A stretch of DNA of 64,000 nt from the human T2T-CHM13v2.0 reference genome, Homo sapiens. This document shows positions 45,201-58,764 of the stretch, piece by piece (position 1 is the stretch's first letter; the number at the start of each line of letters is the position of its first letter). Made by a program: the position numbers and the translations under genes. Location: NCBI RefSeq assembly GCF_009914755.1, contig NC_060940.1. One strand, given 5' to 3'. Under the pieces are notes generated by a model. It was not told the origin of the DNA and ran no database searches. It saw nothing but the letters and a program-made list of their open reading frames with translations.

Positions 45201-46644
45201 TCGAGTCCATTCGATGATTCCATTCGATTGCATTCGATGATTCCATTATATTCCATTCAACGGTGATTCCATTCGAGTCCATTCGATGATTCCATTAGAG
45301 TACATTTAATGATTGCTTTGTTTTCAATTCGAAGATGATTACATTGGATTCCATTCTATGATACCATTCGATTCCATTCAATGATGATTCCACTCAAATC
45401 CATTGGATGATTCCATTCGTGTCCATTCGGTGATTTCATTAGATTCCATTCGAGGATGATTCCATTCAATTCCATTCGATGATGATTCCATTCCAGTCCA
45501 TATGATCATTCCATTTGATTTCATTCGATGATGATTCCATTCGATTCCATTCGATGATTCCATTCTATTCCATTCGATGATGATTCCATTCGAGTCCATT
45601 CGATGATTCCATTCGAGTCCATTTAATGATTCCATTGGGTTCAATTCAATGATGATTACATTGGATTCCGTTCTATGATTCCATTCAATTCCGTTCATTG
45701 ACAATTTGATTCCATTCGATGATGATTCCATTTGAGTTCATTCGATGATTCTATTCGATTCTCTTTGATGGTGATTCAATTCTATTATATTGGATGATTC
45801 CATTCGATTCCATTTGATGTTGATTCAATTCGATTCTATTCGATGATGATTCCATTGGATTTCACTTGATGATTCTATTCGATTCCATTCGATGATGATT
45901 CACTTCTCGTCCATTGGATGATTCCATTTCATTCCATTCGATGATGATTCCATTCGATTCCATTCGATGATTCCATTTGATTCCATATGATGATGATTCC
46001 ATTCGATTCCATACGATGATGATTCCATTCGAGTCCATTCAATGGTGATTCCATTCAATTCCATTCGATGATTCCTTTCGATTCCATTCAATGATGATGG
46101 CATTCGATTCCTTTCGATCATTCCCTTTGATTCCATTCAAAGGTGATTTCATTCAAGTCCATTCGATAATTGCATTCGATTCCATTCTATGATGATTCCA
46201 TTCGAGTCCATTTGATGATTCCATTCAATTCAAGTCAATGATGATTCCATTCGATTCCACTCGATGATTCCATTGGATTCCATTCGATGATGATTCCATT
46301 CAAATCCATTCGATAATTCAATTCAAGTCCATTCGATGATGATTCCAATCGAATCCATTCAAAGATTCCACTCAATTCCATTCGATGATGATTCCCTTAG
46401 ATTCCATTCGATGATTCCACTTGATTCCATTTACGATGATTCCATTCGATTCCATGTGATGATTCCATTCAATTCTATTCAATGATGTTTCCACTTGATT
46501 CCATTCGAACATGATTGCCTTTGATTCCATTCAATGATTCCATACGGTTCCATTTGATGATGATTCCATTCGAGTGCATTAGATGATTCCATTCGAGTCC
46601 ATTCGATGATTCCATTCGATTCCATTCGATGTTGATTCTGTTCA
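42252..46644 (+). repeat. Higher-order unit 8 (4393 bp; -23, -1627, +3 and -72 bp relative to canonical)
   Basis: Offsets 42251, 42228 (ORF end 45731) and 40601 (ORF end 46136). The four indels sum to -1719 = 4393-6112. Landmarks CACTTAGTG, CCGGTAGGG and CCACAGG are absent. Confidence 0.92.
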
Positions 46645-49600
46645 AATCCATTCGATGATTCCACTCGATTCCATTCGATGACTCCATTTGATCCCATTCG
46701 ATGATTTCCTTTGATTCCCTTTGATGATCATTCCATTTGATTCAATTCGGTGATTTCATTTGATTCCATTCAGTGATGTTTCCATTCAACTCCTTTCGAT
46801 GATGATTCCATTCGACTCCATTCGATTATGATTTCATTCAATTCCATTCGATAATGATTCCCTTCAAGTCCATTCGATGATTCCATTCGATTCCATTCAA
46901 CGATGATTTGATTCGTGTCCATTCGATGATTCCATTTGATTCCATTTGATGATGATTCCATTCGAGTCCCTTTGATGATTCCATTCAATTCCATTCTCCG
47001 ATGATTTCTTTTGAGCCCATTCAATGCTTCCACTCGATTCCATATGATGATGACTCCATTTGATGAAATTCCATGATGATTCCATTCGCTTGCATTCGAT
47101 GATGATTCCACTTGAGTCCGTTAGAAGATTCTATTCAATTACATTCCATGACGATTCTGTTCGAGTCCATTTGATGATTCCATTAGACTCCATTTGACGA
47201 TGATTCCATTCGATGTTATTCGATGATGCTTCCATTCAACTCCATTCGATGTTTCCATTCGAGTTCATTCTATTATTCCATTAGATTCCATTCGATGATG
47301 ATTCCATTCGATTCCATTTGATGATTGCATTCTGTTTCATTTGATGATGATTCCATTCGAGTCCATTCGATGATTCCATTCGAGTCCATTTAATGAATCC
47401 ATTGGTTTCAATTCTATGATGATTACATTGGATTCCATTCGTTGATGATTTCATTCGATTCCATTCAATGATGATTCCATTCAATTCCATTCAATGATTC
47501 CATTCAATTCCATACGATGATGATTCCATTTGATTTGATTCGACAGTGAGCCATTCGATTCAATTCCATGATGATTCTATTTGATTCAATTGGTTGACAT
47601 TTCCATTCGATTCCATTCGATGATGATTCCATTTGATTCCATTCAAAGATGATTCCATTCTAGCCCATTCAATCATTCCATTCGATTCTATTCAATGATG
47701 ATTCCATTCATGTCGATTTGGTGATTCCATTTGACTTCATTTGATGATGATTCCTTTCAAGTTCATTAGATGATTCCATTCGATTCCATTTGATGATGAT
47801 CCCATTCCAGTCCATTCAGTGATTCCACTCGTTTCCATTCCATGATGATTCCATTCCATTCCATTCAATGACTCCATTCGATTCCGTTTGATGATGATTT
47901 CATTCGAGTCCATTTGATGATTCCATTTGATTCCATTCGATGATGATTACATTCGAGTCCATACGATGATTCCACTCAATTCCATATGATGATGATTCCA
48001 TTCGATTCCATTCGATGATTCCATTCTATTCTATTCAATGGTGATTCCATTCGAGTACATTAGATGATTCCATTCGATTCCATTCAATGATGATTCTATT
48101 TGTGTCCCTTAGATGGTTCCACATGATTCCATTTCATGATGATACTATTTGAGCCCATCCAATGATTCCCTTCGTATCCATTCGATGAGGATTCCATTCG
48201 ATTCAATTCATTGGTGATTCTATTCAATTCAATTCTTTGATTCCATTCCATTCCATTCGACAATGATTCCATTCGATTTCTTTCGATGATTCCACTCGAT
48301 TCCACTTGACATTGATTCCATTCGATTCCATTCAATGATTCCGTTTGATTCCAGTGGATGATGATTGCCATCGATTCCATTCGATCACTCCATTCTATTC
48401 CATTTGATGATGATTACATTCGATTCCATTTGATGATTCCATCTGATTCTATTCGAGGATTCCATTTGATTCCATTCGATGATGATTCCATTCGAGTGCA
48501 TTCGATGATTTCATTCGAGTACATCCAATGATTCCATTCGAGTCCATTTGATGATTCCATTTAATTCCATTTGATTATGATTCTACTAGAGTCCATTCAA
48601 TGACTCCATTCGAATCCATTCAACAATTCCATTCGAGGCCATTCGATGATTCCATTTCATGATTCCATTCGAGTCCATTTAATCATTACAGTCGAGTCCA
48701 TTTGGTGATTCCACTGGATTTCTTTTGATAATGATACCATTCAATTACATTTGATGATGATCCCATTCAATTTCATTTGATGGTGATTCCATTAGAGTCC
48801 ATTCGATGATTTCATTCGAGTCCCTTCATTGATTCCATCCGATTTCATTTGATGATGACTCCATTCGAGTCCATTCGATGATTCCACTCGATTCCATCAG
48901 ATGGTTCCATTGGAGTCCATTTGATTGTTCCATTCGATTCTATTCGATTCCTTTCGAAGATTATTCCATTTGAGTCCATTCGATGATGATTCCATTCCAT
49001 TCCATTCGATGATTCCGTTTGATTCCATTCGATGATTCCCTTCGATTCCTTTCTTTGATGATTCCATTCCATTCCATTCAATGATTCCATTCGAATCTAT
49101 TCCATGATGATTCCTTTCGATTCCATTCGCTGATGTTTCCGTTCAATTCCATTCGATGATGATTCCATTCGATTCCATTCATTGAGGATTCCATTTGATT
49201 CCATTCAATGATGATTCCGTTCTATTCCATTCAATGATTGCATTCAATTCCATTCAATGATTATCCCCTTAGAGTAAACTCAACGATTCCATTCAATACC
49301 ATTCGATGATGATTCCTTTTGAGTCCATTCAATGATTTCATTCAAGTCCATTTGATGATTCCTTTCAATTCCATTCTATGATGATTCCATTCGAGTCCAT
49401 TCGATGATTCCATTCGATTGCATTCGATGATTCCATTATATTCCATTCAACAATGATTCCATTCGAGTCCATTCGATGATTCCATTAGAGTACATTTAAT
49501 GATTGCTTTGTTTTCAATTCGAAGATGATTACATTGGATTCCATTCTATGATACCATTCGATTCCATTCAATGATGATTCCACTCAAATCCATTGGATGA

Positions 49601-52600
49601 TTCCATTCGTGTCCATTCGGTGATTTCATTAGATTCCATTCGAGGATGATTCCATTCGATTCCATTCGATGATTCCATTCAATTCCATTCGATGATGATT
49701 TCATTCCAGTCCATATGATCATTCCATTTGATTTCATTCGATGGATGATTCCATTCGATTCCATTCGATGATTCCATTCTATTCCATTCGATGATGATTC
49801 CATTCGAGTCCATTCGATGATTCCATTCGAGTCCATTTAATGATTCCATTGGGTTCAATTCAATGATGATTACATTGGATTCCGTTCTATGATTCCATTC
49901 AATTCCGTTCATTGACAATTTGATTCCATTCGATGATGATTCCATTTGAGTTCATTCGATGATTCTATTCGATTCTCTTCGATGGTGATTCAATTCTATT
50001 ATATTGGATGATTCCATTCGATTCCATTTGATGTTTATTCAATTCGATTCTATTCGATGATGATTCCATTGGATTTCACTTGATGATTCTATTCGATTCC
50101 ATTCAATGATGATTCACTTCTCGTCCATTGGATGATTCCATTTCATTCCATTCGATGATGATTCCATTCGATTCCATTCGATGATTCCATTTGATTCCAT
50201 GCGTCGGTGAGCAATTCGATTCAATTCCATGATGATTCTATTTGATTCAATTAGATGATGTTTCCATTCGAATCCATTCCATGATTATTCCATTGGAATC
50301 CATTCGGCGATGATTCCATATGAGTCAATTCAATGATGATTCCATATGGGTCCGTTTGATGATAATTCCATTTGATTTCATTTGGTGCTTCTATTCAATT
50401 CCAGTCGATGATGATTCCGCTGGAGTCCATACGATGATTCCATTTGATTTCATTTGATGATGATTCCATTCGATGATGATTACATTGGATTCCATTCTAT
50501 GATTCCATTCAATTCCATTCGTTGATGATTCGATTCCATTCAATGATGATTCCATTTGAGTTCATTCGATGATTCTATTCGATTCCGTTCGATGGTGATT
50601 CAATTCTCTTATATTGGATGAATCCACTCGATTCCATTTGATGATTATTCCATTGGAGTCCACTTAGTGAATCCTTCAGATTCTACTCGAAGATGATTCC
50701 ATTCCAGTCCATTCGATGATACCATTCAATTCCATTCGTTGATGCTTCCATTCAAGTGCATTCGATGATATCATTCGATTCCATTTGATGATAATTCCAT
50801 TTGATTCCATGCGATGATTCTATTCGATTCCATTCAATGATAATTCCATTCAGTTCAGTGATTCCTCTGGATTCCATTTGATGATGATTCCATTCAATGA
50901 TTCCATTCGATTCTATTCGAAAATGTTTCCATTTGAATCCATTTGATGATGATTCCATTAGATTCCATTTGATGATTCCATTCGATTCCATGCGACGATG
51001 ATTCCATTCGATTCCATTTGATGATTCCATTCTATTCTATTCGATGATGATTCCATTCGATTCCATTCGATGATGATTGGATTTGATTCCATTTGATGAT
51101 TTCATTTGATTCCATTCGTTAATGATTTCGATCAATTCCATTCGATGATTCCATTCGATTCCATTCGATGATGATTGGATTTGATTCCATTTGATGATTT
51201 CATTTGATTCCATTCGTTAATGATTTTGATCAATTCCATTCGATGATTCCATTCGATTCCATTCGATAATGATTACATCCGAGTCCATTCGATGATTCCA
51301 TTTGAGCCTGTTCGATAATTCCTTTTGAGTCCAACCAATGATTCCATTCATTTCCATTCAATGATTCCATTCGAGTCCATTTGATCATTCCAGTAGGGTC
51401 CATTCGATGTTGATTCCATTGGAGTGCATTCGATGATTCCATTCGAGTCCATTTTAGGATTTGATTCGAGTCCTTTCGATGATTCCATTCGATTCCACTC
51501 GATGATGATTTCATTCGAGTCCATTCGACACTTCCAATCGATTCCATTTGATGTTTCCATTCGAGTCCAATTGATGATTCCATTCAATTCCATTCGATGA
51601 TGATTCCGTACGATTCCATTCTGTGATGATTCCATGTGATTGCATTCAATGATGATTCCTTTAGATTGCATTCGATTGTGATTCATTTCGTCTTCATTCT
51701 ATGGTTCCACAGGTTTCCATTCGTGTCCATTCCATTATTCCATTCTATTCCATTTGATGATGATTCCATTCGATTCCATTCATTGGTGATTCCACTCAAT
51801 TCCATTCAATGATTCCATTCCATTTCTTTCAACAATGATTCCATTAGTTTCTATTCGGTGATCCACTTGATTCCATTTGACGACGATTCCATTCGTGTCC
51901 ATTCGATGATTCCATTTGATTCCATATGATGATGATTCCATTCGATTCCATACGATGATGATTCCATTCGAGTCCATTCAATGGTGATTCCATTCAATTC
52001 CATTCGATGATTCCTTTCGATTCCATTCGATGATGATGGCATTCGATTCCTTTCAATCATTCCCTTTGATTCCATTCAAAGGTGATTTCATTCAAGTCCA
52101 TTCGATAATTGCATTCGATTCCATTCTATGATGATTCCATTCGAGTCCATTTGATGATTCCATTCAATTCAAGTCAATGATGATTCCATTCGATTCCATT
52201 CGATGATTCCATTGGATTCCATTCGATGATGATTCCATTCAAATCCATTCGATAATTCAATTCAAGTCCATTCGATGATGATTAAAATCGAATCCATTCA
52301 AAGATTCCATTCAGTTCCATTCGATGATTCCCTTAGATTCCATTCGATGATTTCACTTGATTTCATTTACGATGATTCCATTCGATTCCATGTGATGATT
52401 CCATTCAATTCTATTCAATGCTGTTTCCATTTCTTTCCATTCGACCATGATTGCCTTTGATTCCATTCAATGACTCCATTCGGTTCCTTTTGATGATGAT
52501 TCCGTTCGATTCCATTTCATTATTCCATTTGATTCCATTGGATGAGTCCATTCGATTACATTCGATGATTATTCCATTCGAGTGCATTAGATGATTCCAT

Positions 52601-52652
52601 TCGAGTCCATTCGATGATTCCATTCGATTCCATTCGATGTTGATTCTGTTCA
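46645..52652 (+). repeat. Higher-order unit 9 (6008 bp; -23, -170, -10, +1 and +98 bp; most diverged copy)
   Basis: Offsets step through 46644, 46621, 46451, 46441, 46442 and 46540. Net change is -104 = 6008-6112. Confidence 0.92.
51072..51267 (+). repeat. 98-bp tandem duplication within unit 9
   Basis: GATTGGATTTGATTCCATTTGATGATTTCATTTGATTCCATTCGTTAATGATTT occurs twice, with the GG at 51079 and 51177. Confidence 0.9.
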
Positions 52653-55600
52653 AATCCATTCGATGATTCCACTCGATTCCATTCGATGACTCCAGTTGAT
52701 CCCATTCGATGATTTCCTTTGATTCCCTTTGATGATCATTCCATTTGATTCAATTCGGTGATTTCATTTGATTCCATTCAGTGATGTTTCCATTCGACTC
52801 CATTCGATGATGATTCCATTCGACTCCATTCGATTATGATTTCATTCAATTCCATTCGATAATGATTCCCTTCGAGTCCATTCGATGATTCCATTCGATT
52901 CCATTCAACGATGATTTGATTCGTGTCCATTCGATGATTCCATTTGATTCCACTTGATGATGATTCCATTCGAGTCCATTTGATGATTCCATTCAATTCC
53001 ATTCTCCGATGATTTCTTTTGAGCCCATTCAATGCTTCCACTCGATTCCATATGATGATGACTCCATTCGATGAAATTCGATGATGATTCCATTCGTTTG
53101 CATTCGATGATGATTCCACTTGAGTCCATTAGAAGATTCTATTCAATTACATTCCATGACGATTCCGTTCGAGTCCATTTGATGATTCCATTAGACTCCA
53201 TTCGACGATGATTCCATTCGATGTTATTCGATGATTCCATTCGATCTCATTCGATGATGATTCCATTCAACTCCATTCGATGTTTCCATTCGAGTTCATT
53301 CTATTATTCCATTAGATTCCATTCGATGATGATTCCATTCGATTCCATTTGATGATTGCATTCTATTTCATTTGATGTTGATTCCATTCGAGTCCACTCG
53401 ATGATTCCATTCGAGTCCATTTAATGAATCCATTGGTTTCAATTCTATGATGATTACATTGGATTCCATTCGTTGATGATTTCATTCGGTTCCATTCAAT
53501 GATGATTCCATTCAATTCCTTTCAATGTTTCCATTCAATTCCATACGATGATGATTCCATTTGATTTGATTCGACAGTGAGCCATTCGATTCAATTCCAT
53601 GATGATTCTATTTGATTCCATTGGTTGACATTTCCATTCGATTCCATTCGATGATGATTCCCTTTGATTCCATTCAAAGATGATTCCATTCTAGCCCATT
53701 CAATCATTCCATTCGAATCTATTCAATGATGATTCCATTCATGTCGATTTGGTGATTCCATTTGACTTCATTTGATGATGATTCCTTTCAAGTTCATTAG
53801 ATGATTCCATTCGATTCCATTTGATGATGATCCCATTCGAGTCCATTCAGTGATTCCACTCGTTTCCATTCCATGATGATTCCATTCCATTCCATGCAAT
53901 GATTCCATTCGATTCCGTTTGATGATGATTTCATTCGAGTCCATTTGATGATTCCATTTGATTCCATTCGATGATGATTCCATTCGAGTCCATTCGATGA
54001 TTCTATTCGAATCCATTTGATGATTTCTTTTGATTATAGTTGGTGATGATTCCATTGGAGTCCATTCAATGATTCCATTCGATTCCAATCGATGGTGATT
54101 CCATTAGAGTCCATTTAATGATTCCATTTGATTCCAGTCTCTGATGATTACATTCGAGTCCATACGATGATTCCACTCAATTCCATATGATGATGATTCC
54201 ATTCGATTCCATTCGATGATTCCATTCTATTCTATTCAATGGTGATTCCATTCGAGTACATTAGATGATTCCATTCGATTCCATTCAATGATGATTCTAT
54301 TTGTGTCCCTTAGATGATTCCACATGATTCCATTAGATGATGATACTATTTGAGCCCATCCAATGATTCCCTTCGATTCCATTCGATGAGGATTCCATTC
54401 GATTCAATTCATTGGTGATTCTATTCAATTCAATTCTTTGATTCCATTCCATTCCATTCCACAATGATTCCATTCGATTTCTTTCGATGATTCCACTCGA
54501 TTCCACTTGACATTGATTCCCTTCGATTCCATTCAATGATTCCATTTGATTCCAGTGGATGATGATTGCCATCGATTCCATTTGATCACTCCATTCTATT
54601 CCACTTGATGATGATTACATTCGATTCCATTTGACGATTCCATCTGATTCTATTCGAGGATTCCATTTGATTCCATTCGATGATGATTCCATTCGAGTCC
54701 ATTCGATGATATCATTCGAATACATCCAATGATTCCATTCGAGTCCATTTGATGATTCCATTTGATTCCATTTGATAATGATTCTACTAGAGTCCATTCA
54801 ATGACTCCATTGGAGTCCATTCAACAATTCCATTCGACTCCATTTGATGATTCCATTGGATTCCATTTGATGATTCCATTCGAGTCCATTTAATCATTAC
54901 AGTCGAGTCCATTAGGTGATTCCACCGGATTTCTTTTGATAATGATACCATTCAATTACATTTGATGATGATCCCATTCAATTTCATTTGATGATGATTC
55001 CATTAGAGTCCATTCGATGATTTCATTCGAGTCCCTTCATTGATTCCATCCGATTTCATTGGATGATGACTCCATTCGAGTCCATTCGATGATTCCACTC
55101 GATTCCATTAGATGATTCCATTGGAGTCCATTTCATTGTTCCATTCGATTCCATTCGATTCCTTTCGAAGATTATTCCATTTGAGTCCATTCGATGATGA
55201 TTCCATTCCATTCCATTCGATGATTCCGTTTGATTCCATTCGATGATTCCCTTCCATTCCTTTCTTTGATGATTCCATTCCATTCCATTCAATGATTCCA
55301 TTCGAATCTATTCCATGATGATTCCTTTCGATTCCATTCGCTGATGTTTCCGTTCAATTCCATTCGATGATGATTCCATTCGATTCCATTCATTGAGGAT
55401 TCCATTTGATTCCATTCAATGATGATTCCGTTCTATTCCATTCAATGATTGCATTCAATTCCATTCAGTGATTATCCCCTTAGAGTAAACTCAACGATTC
55501 CATTCAATACCATTCGATGATGATTCCTTTTGAGTCCATTCAATGATTTCATTCAAGTCCATTTGATGATTCCTTTGAATTCCATTCTATGATGATTCCA

Positions 55601-58600
55601 TTCGAGTCCATTCGATGATTCCATTCGATTGCATTCGATGATTCCATTATATTCCAGTCAACGATGATTCCATTCGAGTCCATTCGATGATTCCATTAGA
55701 GTACATTTAATGATTGCTTTGTTTTCAATTCGAAGATGATTACATTGGATTCCATTCTATGATACCATTCGATTCCATTCAATGATGATTCCACTCAAAT
55801 CCATTGGATGATTCCATTCGTGTCCATTCGGTGATTTCATTAGATTCCATTCGAGGATGATTCCATTCGATTCCATTCGATGATTCCATTCAATTCCATT
55901 CGAGGATGATTCCATTCCAGTCCATATGATCATTCCATTTGATTTCATTCGATGATGATTCCATTCGATTCCATTCGATGATTCCATTCTATTCCATTCG
56001 ATGATGATTCCATTCGAGTCCATTCGATGATTCCATTCGAGTCCATTTAATGATTCCATTGGGTTCAATTCAATGATGATTACATTGGATTCCGTTCTAT
56101 GATTCCATTCAATTCCGTTCATTGACAATTTGATTCCATTCGATGATGATTCCATTTGAGTTCATTCGATGATTCTATTCGATTCTCTTCGATGGTGATT
56201 CAATTCTATTATATTGGATGATTCCATTCGATTCCATTTGATGTTGATTCAATTCGATTCTATTCGATGATGATTCCATTGGATTTCACTTGATGATTCT
56301 ATTCGATTCCATTCAATGATGATTCACTTCTCGTCCATTGGATGATTCCATTTCATTCCATTCGATGATGATTCCATTCGATTCCATTCGATGATTCCAT
56401 TTGATTCCATGCGTCGGTGAGCAATTCGATTCAATTCCATGATGATTCTATTTGATTCAATTAGATGATGTTTCCATTCGAATCCATTCCATGATTATTC
56501 CATTGGAATCCATTCGGCGATGATTCCATATGAGTCAATTCAATGATGATTCCATATGGGTCCGTTCGATGATAATTCCATTTGATTTCATTCGGTGCTT
56601 CTATTCAATTCCAGTCGATGATGATTCCGTTGGAGTCCATACGATGATTCCATTTGATTTCATTTGATGATGATTCCATTCGATGATGATTACATTGGAT
56701 TCCATTCTATGATTCCATTCAATTCCATTCGTTGATGATTCGATTCCATTCAATGATGATTCCTTTTGAGTTCATTCGATGATTCTATTCGATTCCGTTC
56801 GATGGTGATTCAATTCTCTTATATTGGATGAATCCACTCGATTCCATTTGATGATTATTCCATTGGAGTCCACTTAGTGAATCCTTCAGATTCTACTCGA
56901 AGATGATTCCATTCAAGTCCATTCGATGATACCATTCAATTCCATTCGTTGATGCTTCCATTCAAGTGCATTCGATGATATCATTCGATTCCATTTGATG
57001 ATAATTCCATTTGATTCCATGCGATGATTCTATTCGATTCCATTCAATGATAATTCCATTCAATTCAGTGATTCCTCTGGACTCCATTTGATGATGATTC
57101 CATTCAATGATTCCATTCGATTCTATTCGAAAATGATTCCATTTGAATCCATTTGATGATGATTCCATTAGATTCCATTTGATGATTCCATTCGATTCCA
57201 TTTGACGATGATTCCATTCGATTCCATGTGATGATTCCATTCTATTCTATTCGATGATGATTCCATTCGATTCCATTCGATGATGATTGGATTCGATTCC
57301 ATTTGATGATTTCATTTGATTCCATTCGTTAATGATTTCGATCAATTCCATTCGATGATTCCATTCGATTCCATTCGATAATGATTACATCCGTGTCCAT
57401 TCAGTGATTCCATTTGAGCCTGTTCGATAATTCCATTTGAGTCCAACCAATGATTCCATTCATTTCCCTTCCATGATTCCATTCGAGTCCATTTGATCAT
57501 TCCGGTAGGGTCCATTCGATGTTGATTCCATTGGAGTGCATTCGATGATTCCATTCGAGTCCATTTTATGATTTGATTCGAGTTCTTTCGATGATTCCAT
57601 TCGATTCCACTCGATGATGATTTCATTCGAGTCCATTCGACACTTCCAATCGATTCCATTTGATGTTTCCATTCGAGTCCAATTGATGATTCCATTCAAT
57701 TCCATTCGATGATGATTCCGTACGATTCCATTCTGTGATGATTCCATGTGATTGCATTCAATGATGATTCCTTTAGATTGCATTCGATTGTGATTCATTT
57801 CGTCTTCATTCTATGGTTCCACAGGTTTCCATTCGTGTCCATTCCATTATTCCATTCTATTCCATTTGATGATGATTCCATTCGATTCCATTCATTGGTG
57901 ATTCCACTCAATTCCATTCAATGATTCCATTCCATTTCTTTCAACAATGATTCCATTAGTTTCTAATCGATGATCCACTTGATTCCATTTGACGACGATT
58001 CCATTCTTGTCCATTCGATGATTCCATTTGATTCCATATGATGATGATTCCATTCGATTCCATACCATGATGATTCCATTCGAGTCCATTCAATGGTGAT
58101 TCCATTCAATTCCATTCGATGATTCCTTTCGATTCCATTCGATGATGATGGCATTCGATTCCTTTCAATCATTCCCTTTGATTCCATTCAAAGGTGATTT
58201 CATTCAAGTCCATTCGATAATTGCATTCGATTCCATTCTATGATGATTCCATTCGAGTCCATTTGATGATTCCATTCAATTCAAGTCAATGATGATTCCA
58301 TTCGATTCCATTCGATGATTCCATTGGATTCCATTCGATGATGATTCCATTCAAATCCATTCGATAATTCAATTCAAGTCCATTCGATGATGATTAAAAT
58401 CGAATCCATTCAAAGATTCCATTCAGTTCCATTCGATGATTCCCTTAGATTCCATTCGATGATTCCACTTGATTTCATTTACGATGATTCCATTCGATTC
58501 CATGTGATGATTCCATTCAATTCTATTCAATGCTGTTTCCATTTCTTTCCATTCGACCATGATTGCCTTTGATTCCATTCAATGACTCCATTCGGTTCCT

Positions 58601-58764
58601 TTTGATGATGATTCCGTTCGATTCCATTTCATTATTCCATTTGATTCCATTGGATGAGTCCATTCGATTACATTCGATGATTATTCCATTCGAGTGCATT
58701 AGATGATTCCATTCGAGTCCATTCGATGATTCCATTCGATTCCATTCGATGTTGATTCTGTTCA
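52653..58764 (+). repeat. Higher-order unit 10 (6112 bp, right-hand subfamily)
   Basis: Constant offset 52652 (52778, 53768, 55757, 56962, 58523). Confidence 0.95.

Noticed and set aside
41229-58572. Three plus-strand ORFs (41229, 52275, 58387) of 60-61 aa
   Set aside because: They are at the length threshold and are chance stop-free stretches of satellite created by point variants.
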